DNA of 64,000 nucleotides from assembly GCA_965285935.1 (NCBI GenBank), contig OZ260662.1, forward strand, positions 14,260,001 to 14,324,000, in the 5' to 3' direction. The notes beneath the pieces were generated by a model. The model ran no database searches. It was not told the DNA's origin and saw nothing but the letters and a program-made list of their open reading frames with translations. Source of the stretch: Ophelia neglecta. Its lineage: Eukaryota. Shown in pieces: positions 52,631 through 64,000 of this stretch. Made by a program: the position numbers and the translations under genes. Each line of letters begins with the position of its first letter. Positions within the stretch are counted from its first letter, which is position 1.

Positions 52631-55600
52631 AAACAACTTATGTCTACCTTTGATATTTGACCTCCAAGAAACTGATTTGGTCAGTGCAAACTTTCGTGTG
52701 TGATATTTGTTGTTTTGGGGCAGTTTGTATGACTTTGTGTTCATCTTAGTAGGTCCCAATGCTCTGTTCCTTTATAGTAACTACCATATACCTTCCTGTA
52801 GCCCCATAGAGAGGCTGAGAGAACAGTCTTTTGGGGAAAATAGGCTGATGACAGATTTCAATTTAAAAGAACTGCCCTCAGTCAGGTTAGGTGAGGTTTT
52901 ATGAGAAGATTGTAAACTTGTCTATGTAGTGAGATTCTGTAACAGACCACACCTAATGAATAGAAACCCAAACAGAATTGAGGGATTTCAACAGTATTTA
53001 AAGGTCACTTTTTAGCATTTAAAGGCCAATCCACCAACATTGCCTGTATCAAAATTATGATTTAATCTGAAATCCTAATCTTTTCCTATTATGAAGAACC
53101 TTTCCTGGCTGACTGTACATTATGATGGAGTAACTTGTCATTATACAAAATGTAGGTGGCAGCACTGACAATGGTTCTAACGCTTTATACAGAATTTCTG
53201 CCCTAGTGTCTTTTTTAATATAAACCTGGTGTTGGGAACCTGATGGGGTGAGTGACAGGTGTTTGGTCACACAGCTCTGGACAGTGATGTACAGAGCTAA
53301 TTCATATCATTATTATCATTAACACTTATATAATGGGGGAAGGGCAGAAAGTGGAGGGATGTGGTTGGGGTGGGGGCCTTTTTTTGGTTAACAGGTAATC
53401 TAATGTGCAGAGGGGTTATTAAGCTCCTGGGCCATGGCTTTCTGCTAGAGGCTGGCGGGTGTGTGCTTGGGGGAGGGGGGGGCTGATGGGTGTGTGTATG
53501 AATGGGTGTGTGTGTGGGGGGGGGGGGGAGGATGAGGAAGGGGCCTGACACAGTGGTTATTAACTCATGGGCCATGACTTCCTGCTAGGGGGCTGATGGA
53601 GGTGTGTGTGAGGGGGGGGGGGGGTCTTGCACATTGGGTACCAACCAGGCAGCCCATGACTTCCTGCTGGGGGAGGGGAGACTGGTAGGGTGGTCACCAA
53701 CCCCCAGCCCATGACCTCCTGCTGAGTCCCTTATCAATACAAGGAAGCTGCCAGACAAGATACAAGATGTTGTGATGTCTGATTTAATAATTAAATAAAG
53801 TGTGTAATGAGTTGAGAGTCTGGACCACAAGTGTCTGAGATAACATGTCTCACGTAAATATATAATACATAAATATAACTATCTGAGAATGGGAGGGTTA
53901 ATGATTTGTAATACACAATACACAAACATGACTATCTGAGAATGGGAGGGTTAATGATTTGTTTGTGATGTTAATTTATGTTATAATTTGATACCACAGT
54001 GCCACTGTGTTATTTTAACATGGCTTTCTTGTCTTGATATGTGGTTAATGTGATCAAATTGTACCAAAATCTGATAAGATTATGACAATGATGAATGATG
54101 TACAATCTGGATGAGTCTGACACCAAATATATCTGCAGATTTATACAAGTATGATAATAAACTGATAAACTCTCACGGCTGCTTTAAACATAAAATTAAA
54201 AAACAGTTTTTTGTGAGACCATGTATACAATTCCCTGACAAAATCTGTCAAATCAATAAAACCCTACAATATATCTCCAGACAGATTAATACTCCAATCC
54301 ATACTTTATCATAGTAAAAGTCCCAAACACTTGTCAGCACTTGGAACAAGAAAGAAACAATTCAATCCTGAGGTACAACAATAACAGTTATCAAAATGTT
54401 ATAATGATTAGGAACCATTTCTGTCCAGATCCAGCCAGAAATAATAACCCAATAAACTAATGGTTGATAGCAGGTGATAATAATACATCAGGTCCAGACA
54501 GACTGTAAACGATTTGATATGACCTTGACACTGTCCTTGAACAGCAGACAAATAAATATTACAGGTAAATAACAGGACAACTGTCACATCAAACAATTAC
54601 CTGAGTAATAAATATTACAGGTGTGACCTCACTTTGTAATCATATTAAATAATTACATGTGTAAGGAGGTTTGATTATCAAGCATGGTGTAAATGTGATG
54701 TCAGGAAGATCTTGACAAGGTATAGGTAAACACAGGTAAGATAAGGAGATTAACCAGAGAGCTCTATCAGACTTGTTAGACAGTCTGATCACCTGTGTGG
54801 ATCTCCCATCACCTTGTCAGGAGAGATACAGGTCAGATCAGATTAACAAGGGATCACTAATTACTTGATGAGATTACCCGAGTTTACCTGACAGACTCAG
54901 GACATCAGGCCTGACTAATAACAAAGATAAAAACACAGCTATCAAACAATTATATTATATTATTATTTGACTATTATATTCAATGATAATTAGGAGTCCA
55001 ATAAGTTCTGCAAGCTTCAACAACCACCTTTGTCTTCATTAATTATCTTTTTCAAACTCTTCTTGTATTTAGTTGAAGAGGCGACAAATACAGTTTTATA
55101 TATAGGGAAAAACCTACCGGACAAAATAACAAGCATGGGACAGTACCTATTCTGACTTGTGACTTAACCACACCCCAGTATACAGAACAACATGTACATG
55201 GACACAGTGAACAGACCAACTATCTTTCCTCTATCCCTACTCCCCTATGGAAGCAGCGGACACTAAAGCACCTCACCCACTGGGTACATATGGTGGGGGG
55301 GGGGGGGGGCTTGACCCCGTGATAGGCAATAACATGAACAACAACAGTGAAACAGTTAATAAATACAATGAAATTCTGTAGAGTATGAACACAGTTTTAA
55401 AACAGATACAAATCTCACCTCAGGTTGGGATTCCTTCCTCACTGCTCAGCAGACCTGTGTTGTCCTGTGGGCAAGCTGTCTTGAACACTGCTATCTTCAA
55501 GACTGACAGGGAGTCCCAGAATGTGTTGTAAGTCTGGAGATGTCCTGATCATGTACAGATTCTTCTTCACAGCTGATGCCGGGATGTAGAGTTGTCTTTA

Positions 55601-58600
55601 ATAATAGCAGCTCTCACCAGGACAGGAGGCCAGGGATCTCTGTGAAGAATGTATGGAGTAATTAAATGTCAGAGGTCAAGATGTTGGCAGGGCAGATAAT
55701 CTATTCTGATCATGTGATGGGCTGTGTGCTGGAGGTATGGAGCATTCAGAAGGCCAAGGTCTGATCCCTGACTGGTGACTGGCCTACTGAAGATCCCAGA
55801 GCCCCACAGGTCTAGGCCTTATCTCTTCAATCTGTGGTGTGTTGAGAGGTATCTTGTAGACTGTGGTGTGATTGTAGAGGGTCCCCTGGCTGGTCTCCCC
55901 CAGTCCTGTGTGTATGTATAATACCTGGGAGCTTCCTGGGACCTTATCTCAGTCTATCTGTGGTGTGAGATCTACTGCCTGCCCTTACCTGCTTACAGTG
56001 GCTGGTTGAGTGAATCTACTGGGTACTGGGTAGATCTAACAAGGCAAGATAGCCTGACCACCTCACATAGATCAAACAGTGATCACAGGGCTCAGTGGGT
56101 AGGAGGGGGAAGTGGGGGGGGGGGGGTACAGGAAGGGTGGAGGGGTGCCTCTCTCAGCAGGGTTCACTTGGTGGGGGGTAAGGATAAGGGGGGGGGGGTA
56201 AGGGGAACCTAACTGGGCAGGTCTCAGGGGGGAGTGTGATGGGTACACTGGGGTGAGCTGGGGGGGGGGGGGGGGGTTCCCTCCCTGTGCAGGTCTAATT
56301 GGGCAGAAGAGGAAGGGAGAGGGGAGGGGGTAATCACTTGCATGAGGGTATATATTTGTACATGTAAGCCTAGACCAACACACACATATTAGAACATACA
56401 TATATCTAATCGCCGAAAAAGTGAGTAGAAAGAAAAAGGGGACACTTTTTACATTTGAGAAGAGAGGAGAGTGTCTGAGAGAGGGAGGGATTGGTAACTG
56501 TACAGTGTTAATTAAAGGGTTGGGGGATGGAGGGGGAATGGTGAGGTGGGTAGAATTTAGAGTCAAATCTGTGTTAACTAAATCCATGGGGTCATCTTTA
56601 CCCAAATTTTACTCTTTAAACTTGTTTTAGTCTTTGAGATATAGATATACTTTTGGCATCTGATCCTGGCTATTAAATCATATCAGCCGTCAGGCCTGAT
56701 GATTATGTTAATTATGGTAATGATATGTTAATGATGTGCCAGGCTGGTAATGGCCACACATAACTCATCTCAATCCACAAGCCTGTGATTTGGGGACGTT
56801 TTCTGGTAATTTTCTGGTGATTTACTTTATGATTTTTATGGCTTTCCAGTCAATTTTCAGGCCATAAACTTAGACGCTGCCAGATATGCCTTATACTGGT
56901 CAGTGCCTGCTCAGAGTATGGTCAGGGACTGAACAGAACCTTTAATTACTGGCCACCTCAAATCTGGATCTGTCAGCTCAACTTTTAGCAAACCATATAC
57001 ATCTGTGCATAATGCCAATAGCTGAATCGGCCAATTGTGCAATTTGTAACTGAAAAAAGGATGCTGTCTCCAAAGGGGGGGGGGGGCGGTGTGTGTGTGG
57101 GGGGGGGAGGTGTGAGTGTGTGTTGGGGGGGGGGGGGGGTGAGGAGGAGGCGGGAGGGGGATAGCCATGCCTGCCATTAAGACAAACTTGGATCATTGGG
57201 GCTGAAAGGGGTAAATAAAAGGGTGGAATGCAGCTGAATGAGGTTAATATGACAATGTGCCTGAGAATAAAGAGTAAAACAAGTATTAAGTTTGGGGCTA
57301 CAGATGGACTCATGGAGTTAGATTTTATCTGGTAACATACAAGCTGCAGGGTATCAGAGGTAGGGTTGGGAGTGAGGGTGAAGAGGCAAGGGTGGGGTAG
57401 GGATGACCGTGGCAGGGGGTAGGGGTCAACAGAGAGAGGGGTGGGGTAAGACCAAACAGAGGCAAGGGTGGGCACAAGGGTCCACGCCTGAACTAACTAT
57501 CTATCCCAGGCCATCAACAGGTATCTCAGGTATAAGGTGCTAATTACAGGTGTGACCAGGTAACGAGTATTCCTTCTAATGAGATGTCTGTATCTCTCAC
57601 CACATCTCATTTATAATAGTGTGGTCAGGTAATCAGCCTCCATGTCAGTAATTAACAGGCTCGTCACAGGTAATCTCAGTCTAGACCCCAGATTCCGTGG
57701 TGCTCAGCACCTGCCCAGGGCATCACAGAGACATCTAGAATCATTAATAACTGTTATTTACCTAAAACTGGTCCACCAGAATCATACAATTAGTTTTAGT
57801 ATTGTATTTTTGCCCCTCAGGCAGCATCTAGTTTAGTTCTTATCTACAAGCCAGGGGGCAGACCCAGGGGGGATGGGGCAAATAATGCCAGTAGTGTACA
57901 TCCACACTTATTTTCCTTACACATCCCATGGTTAGTTACCCTGGTGACATGATGGGCAGGTAGTGGAGTGATATGTCCAAGGTTGCCATGACAACCAGGG
58001 CAAGGGATGTGATAATTACAGCCTCAAGTTCCTGTCATGTCAAACTTTATTTTATTTAGTAAGTTCTGTTATTTTTTGAATCCTTATTGGGAGTCAGTGG
58101 GAGGCACGCTGCCCATGATAAGGATGAACCCTGTTGTCATGGTAACTAGTTCAGTTGTCATCATGACAATTGTCTGTTTCTAGTGTGACATCAACTTGTC
58201 ACCTGGCCTGAGCAGATCCCTTGCTAATTTCATGGCTGATGAAGACAATTTTGTCTTTACCAGACTACAGGGCTAATAAAGTAAAATTCCAACTGTCAAC
58301 AAGAGAGAACCTCACACAATCTCATATGTGAGAAATTCATGGTTCATTGTTTTGTTTTTGATCCATTTCCTTATTAATCATGAGAGAAAACTGTATCATT
58401 AAAGTACCATACTGTGACACATCCTTCCTTCAATCTCATTGCCAGGACTATACACCTATCTAAGTGTCATCACCTCCACCCACAGGGAGGTCTGGGATAC
58501 TAAGCAAGTGTGAATTAACTCTAAATTGGCTCAAATTAACTCTACATGTATCAAATACATGTAATGTACAGGGAGGGGTAACTTGTAATCTCTTCATATA

Positions 58601-61600
58601 CAACAGGACAGTGACAGGATGTTTGGCAAACCTTAACTACCACCAATTCTATCTTAAACCTTACATATTTTCTATTTCAATGAACTTTATTTTCTCCTGA
58701 ATTTCTCAAGATTTGGATGAGTATAGAGGGAGGTCATTTTACTTTTATGAGGGAAAAGGACACGAGGAACAGGAAATTATCCTGTAGTGTGTCTTGTTGG
58801 TGGTGATAGTCTGGTTGATATAACCAATCACCCCCCCCCCCCCCCTACCCCCAGGTCTGGGCAGTTCAAAATCCAGACAAGGCTACCATAAGTAAGCTTT
58901 AGGAGAGAATTTTCTATAATGCTACTTGGTCCTTCTTAAACACCAGCATCCACAAGTTAATATCCAAAGATAATACTTCTCTTATTCTTCTGGTTACTTT
59001 GATGTTAGTTAACGACATACAAGTGAAAAGTGTGACCAGGTAATATATGCACCACCTGGCGGTTGTCAGTCCCCATGACAACCCTTCACATAAGATTATG
59101 GTATCCAGGTAAGACAAAACCTGAGCTGATCAAATCCAATCTAATGATCCCATAAAATGTAAAAAGGGTGATTACCATCCAGAATGTAATCAAAACAGGG
59201 ACGGGAGGACCATGAATATAAATCACCTTATTAACCAGCAACCAACTAAAAAATTTAAACCTAAAAGGTCATCTTTTAATAATCAATAATCATGAACATT
59301 GTTATCTGGTTTTGGTAACAATTCCCCTGACAATCTGCACACTCTAGGCACGTGTGGTAACCTTATTGGGAACAGCTTCTCCCTGGGGACACACATAGTA
59401 AACATATTGAACTGAGAGCAGCTGCTGCTTGTATTGTCTGTGAGTGTTATAAAACTCAATGTCATCTGAATCCTGAACAATAAATTAAAAGTCAATTAAC
59501 TGTGATAGCTTTCAAATCTCTAGATTCTGTGACCACAGTAACATATGACATTTGGTGTTGTATGGTGATATTTACTTTTAATTACTTTGTTATTGTAACC
59601 ACAGTGATGACATAACCAGCCTATCAGGAGATAGATCTTTGAGGGACATCTTTACAACATAAATCACAGATATAGATCACTACTGTTGTTCATACCAATC
59701 TGACTGAAGTTCTGAACAAAATAAATACAAAGGTAGGAATAAGATTTGATAGAAGACTCCCCTGACAGATGTCAGTGACTGTCACCCAGGCGTCTAGAGA
59801 CAGGACCTGAAGTCAAAAGATGGGGAGGTGATGTAACAGACAGGATCTCAGGGCTCTGGTTCCCTGTACAGAAAGTAACTTTTATGTTAATGTATGTATA
59901 TTTTCCATGTGTGCCCCCCCCCCCCCACCCATCCCCTTTTCTCCTTCTCTGCCTTAGATCTACTTGAAGTGATAGGACTTAAGTTATAAATGAATGATCA
60001 AAGCCTTCTGGGACAGCTGAATCTCACCTGATTATAAATGAACATATCAAAAAACCAACTTACCCTTAGAATATAAGACCAATAATACCTCCACGAAGGA
60101 TTTTTCCCCTCAATGCTTCAAAATATGACTGATTGAATATGTAAGACTAACCCTTAGACCATTATAACACACCAACAAAGTGTGGTATTATCTATGTAAA
60201 TCTAATATGATAATACTTACAGTGGCTCAGCTAGCAACAACAAGATCCATTCTCTGACCAAATATTGATGCTTTTCATGATACCCAGTGGAATGATCTGT
60301 GAGTGGGCTGGCTACAGGACTGAGCTTACATTAACTTAATGTCTCTATCCACCCTTCAGGAGATCAACACCCTCCCAACGGCTGCAGGAATCTAACAAAT
60401 GTACATTATCGTCTGAAACTTTATATAAGGCTTTCTGCCTCAAGGCCCATTTTAGGATTAAAATTATAATTGATTTAAAGAAAATACACTTCCTGACCCA
60501 GGCACAAGCCCTTGTCAATAAGATTAACGTGACCACAATACCTCATCAATAGGACAGCAGTAGGGGTAATAGGGATTAACTGGACAGTGACAATAGATAC
60601 AAACAATGATAAATCTCTGTTAATTACCAGGGTTATGTGTTAAGTAACCTGGGCTAACGAACTGACCATTTCCCCTCATCATGAGCAACTATAACAATAC
60701 AGACCTCAGGTAAGATAGAGACCTGGACCAACAAATTACTTACCTGGGTTAACGAACTGACCACTTCCCCTCATCATGAACAGCTAAAACAATACAGACC
60801 ACAGGTGAGATAGATGGAGTTGATTGGATTACCGTCTACTTCATTGTCTAGACTCCATTTACCTGAAATTACAGGTAAAGTATGGGCAATAAAAATCTCA
60901 GATAAGATTCACCTGGGTTGATTGGCTGAGCATTCAGTTGATAATTTAACACTATTAAACTGAAAATTAAGAGGTTTTAATCACTATAAGTTGTGTTTAC
61001 ATACAGGATTGAGGTAAGAGCTTTGTTATCATAATCAGACAAAGAATAGAAAAGTAATGAAATCTATTTTGACACAAGACCCATTGTAAGACAAGATGGA
61101 TACTTTGTTTTAAAGGTAACTTACATGGAGGTTGGTGTTTAAAAAGAGAAAAACACAGGCGTGGCATTTAGAAATGCAAGCCCCCACCCATTGAAAGGGA
61201 TATTAAACATGTTTGTCAGGCAGTCCACTCCTGTTAAAACATTAATAACAACTCAATTCTGAGAGCAAGATAAGGTTGACAAAATGTGTTTTCCCAGGTT
61301 TCCAATGTACTTCTAGGCTCTAACTGCTAAAATAAGAGCTGATTTCACCACTTTGGTTAGTTGACTATGAAAATGAACACCAAGGAAAATTCTGAGCACT
61401 CGATACAATTTGAAATATGTAGTTTCCTATACACTACTAGACTCTAACTGATAAATTAAAGACTTTATTAATTTGACTTTTGACAAGTATCACTCCTATA
61501 TGCCCCCATTACATATGTTGAAGGCCAAACTTCTTAAATATAAAAGCTACATATGTCATGAAGAATACCTATTTTGCCTAAAATGCTCAATACATATCCC

Positions 61601-61727
61601 CCACTTTTTTCTAAAATGGGTGGGAGGCAATCAGGCCAGGAGGTTTGCTGTTAAAGAAGGGTCACTGGCGTTGGAATTTCTGGGTTTTTCATCATTTTTT
61701 ATGTTTGACAATACATTTACTACATTA

Positions 61728-61885
61728 CAGAATAAAATAACTTTAATCCCCTTAATCCAAGGGAAAGTGACCTTAAATTGGAGGTGGCCCTCCATTGAGG
61801 GATGTAAACATCAAAATGATAGGCCATGGGAATTCAAAAACCAGTGGCCCTTCATAGGAGGGACCTTAAATCGCGAGGACCAATG
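61728..61885. mobile_element. Degenerate TA-flanked MITE remnant
   Basis: Repeated GACCTTAAAT..GAGG / GTGGCCCT motifs ending GAGGACCAATG|TA; lies in the unit-2-only segment ~61657-62233. Confidence 0.4.
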
Positions 61886-61964
61886 TATGTGTTTGCTGGT
61901 GAAGAGTATGCACTGAAAAGATGACTGAATGCTAGGCATTTGCTGACACATTTCATTTGCATAG

Positions 61965-62172
61965 GTTGTTGTTTGGGGTTTTAAGTGGCTTTCAACACTT
62001 TCACGGTCCTATCGCCACAGTGCCTACTTGTGACAGTGGGCTCAATGTCCTCTTTATAGTGCTGCCTCACTGGAGTACCTGCCGAAGACACCAGACAGAG
62101 AACCCCAACCAGTCACATTATACTGACACCGGGTTGACCAGTCCTGATAGTACCCCCGAAATACTGAGGGCA
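61965..62172 (-). mobile_element. 5'-truncated SINE with Meta/MESC-like core
   Basis: Minus strand reads GGACTGGTCAACCCGGTGTCAGTATAATGTGACTGG..GTGTCTTCGGCAGGTACTCCAGTGAGGCAGCACTATAAA..TTAAAACCCCAAACAACAAC, recalled as the molluscan Meta-SINE core with a CAA tail; absent from unit 1. Confidence 0.7.
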
Positions 62173-64000
62173 CCGAAACTATTAAAGAAACTTATATTTT
62201 CACAAAGCTACAGATAGCTTGTCCTTCATTCTAGTAACCCTTTTAATATTTCATTAGAAATATTTTTAATTTTGCGATAAGGAATCACAGCGCAACATTC
62301 TTACATTTAATATTATTCAACCTTAAGAGAAAATGGGCTTTAATATACTTTCGGAAATTATAATAGACATGATACTAGTTTTTTGATTATGGAATTATTT
62401 TAATCAACTGTCTTTGTTCGTCATATGTATTTTTTTGACAGCGCTTGAAAAAAATTGTAATTTTTTTTAATAAGTGCGTTTCAAAGTAGAAATTATGGAC
62501 TAGACACATCATAGCATCATATAAAAAGGGTAATACATAAATACCAAATTAATCTATAGCTACTTTTGCAAGAACTATTTCAGCAAATTCCTTATAGAAA
62601 TGAGGAATTATAACTATATAAGTATTAGTATTAAAAATAAATAAAATGATAACATGGTCATAACAAATATAAGTATTAGTATTAAAGTAAATAAAAATAA
62701 TGACATGCTAGCTTAATTAAGTGAATTTTATTATCTGCATTGCATCTTCCATGAACAATTACATATTTTAATTTAATTACCCTGGAATTCACTGATTCCT
62801 TGTTTAAACAATATCACTGATAGTGCTTTTTCTTTCCCAATTGACTAGAGTGTTCAGAAGCCAGTGTTCCATTCAATGAAAAACTTTCAATCTATTTCTT
62901 TCAAGATGCCTGCATCATTTTTCAAACATTCCAAAATATTGGGAGAAAAACCCACAAATCAAAATATTTGAAATTAATATATTCAAACTCCTTAATAATT
63001 ACTATGGTCACTTATCTAGTCCTACCTAAGAGCCATCCATAAGTCAACCAACCAGCATTTCAATACTGTCATTAGAATGCCAAAATGTCCATACTCTTTG
63101 GTACAGCCACGCTGTTCATCAAATATGCACATATTCTAAAGAAGAAAGTTGGAGCCATTCCACAGTAGCATCTTTTAAACATGTCAAAATTGGTATATCC
63201 CTATTTTTTCTCATACATGTATATTGAAGTCTTCATAACATTCCAAGTACATAAATCCAACTGGTTTTTCCTTCCCACAATGTCATTCCTTCCCATTTGT
63301 TATTTTATGCCAGGAAAGCCAGTTCTTCATTTACAAGGCGCTGTAGCTTCAGTTGAATCCATACCAGGACAGTTTATTGGCTTTCAGGTTTTAGTTTCTT
63401 GGTGATTTAAATCCCTGAAACTCCTTATGGATTTCCTCTTTAACACTGTTTAACATGGTTTTCCTCTGTTTTACATGGTTTCCGTTGTCTTTACATGGTT
63501 TCCTGTGTTTACACATGCTGTTTTTCAGTTCCTTGAACACTTGGACTTCCTGGATTTTAAACACAATGCTCCAGAATGCTCTTTCATGTACACTTCTGTT
63601 TTAGGCCAGGTACATGAAGCATGTGATGGTTGCTATGATAATTGATGCAACCTGCCAAAGCGAGTTTCTCAGTGACAAGGTTGAATGGCTAGTCTGGAGA
63701 GAAGAAAAATATGCCATTTTATTGCCTTCACAGATACAGTTGTTTTTACAAAATATAAAAGTGTCTGTTCAGGAGTAAATTCCAAGTAATAAGGAGCTAA
63801 CATGAGTTAAAATGCTTCACTGTTAAGGACATAAATATAATCCTTAAGCATCGCTCGTCAAATGAATCCCTAAATAAACACAGAGGTGTATAATACATTA
63901 TCATACAATGAGGAGGTCTAGAACTAAGATTTGCAATCTTTATATTTCAATTTTATAATTTCAAAGTGTGCTCCAAGATTATCCACTGACCTTTTGGAGA

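Larger units (their letters stand above)
38279..64000 (+). repeat. Large tandem segmental repeat, unit 2 (runs off the right edge)
   Basis: Direct comparison with 1-23309; ends in sequence equivalent to the 3' flank/UTR of the central gene. Confidence 0.97.

Noticed and set aside
61473-61916. 147-aa plus ORF
   Set aside because: Crosses a unit-specific indel into a MITE remnant; not maintained in unit 1.

Overview
Animal genomic DNA, AT-rich and CpG-depleted with spliceosomal GT-AG introns; the SINE/MITE content suggests a lophotrochozoan, probably a mollusc. The window holds one complete minus-strand gene, reconstructed by hand with consistent splice phases: 14 coding exons, 38882->23976, about 1281 aa. 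Its architecture is a Ser/Thr-rich N-terminus, an RGS3-type C2 domain, PDZ, a linker, RhoGEF (DH) and PH, which matches protostome-specific GEF (PsGEF). A candidate alternative first exon (MSRVLKSSYLG, 30027-29997) has its own TATA/CCAAT elements. The locus is tandemly repeated with a period of about 38-41 kb: 1..~23309 is colinear with 38279..64000. The repeat spans the whole gene-5'-to-next-gene-3' spacer twice, which implies at least three tandem gene units, unless this is an assembly artefact of divergent haplotypes. The two copies differ by polymorphic insertions (a 1.73-kb TTAA-flanked Kolobok-type element, a TA-flanked MITE, a Meta-domain SINE) and by minisatellite copy number. Identity between them is strongly mosaic and includes a ~490-bp identical non-coding block packed with RFX X-box motifs. 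Most ORFs in the supplied track are spurious.
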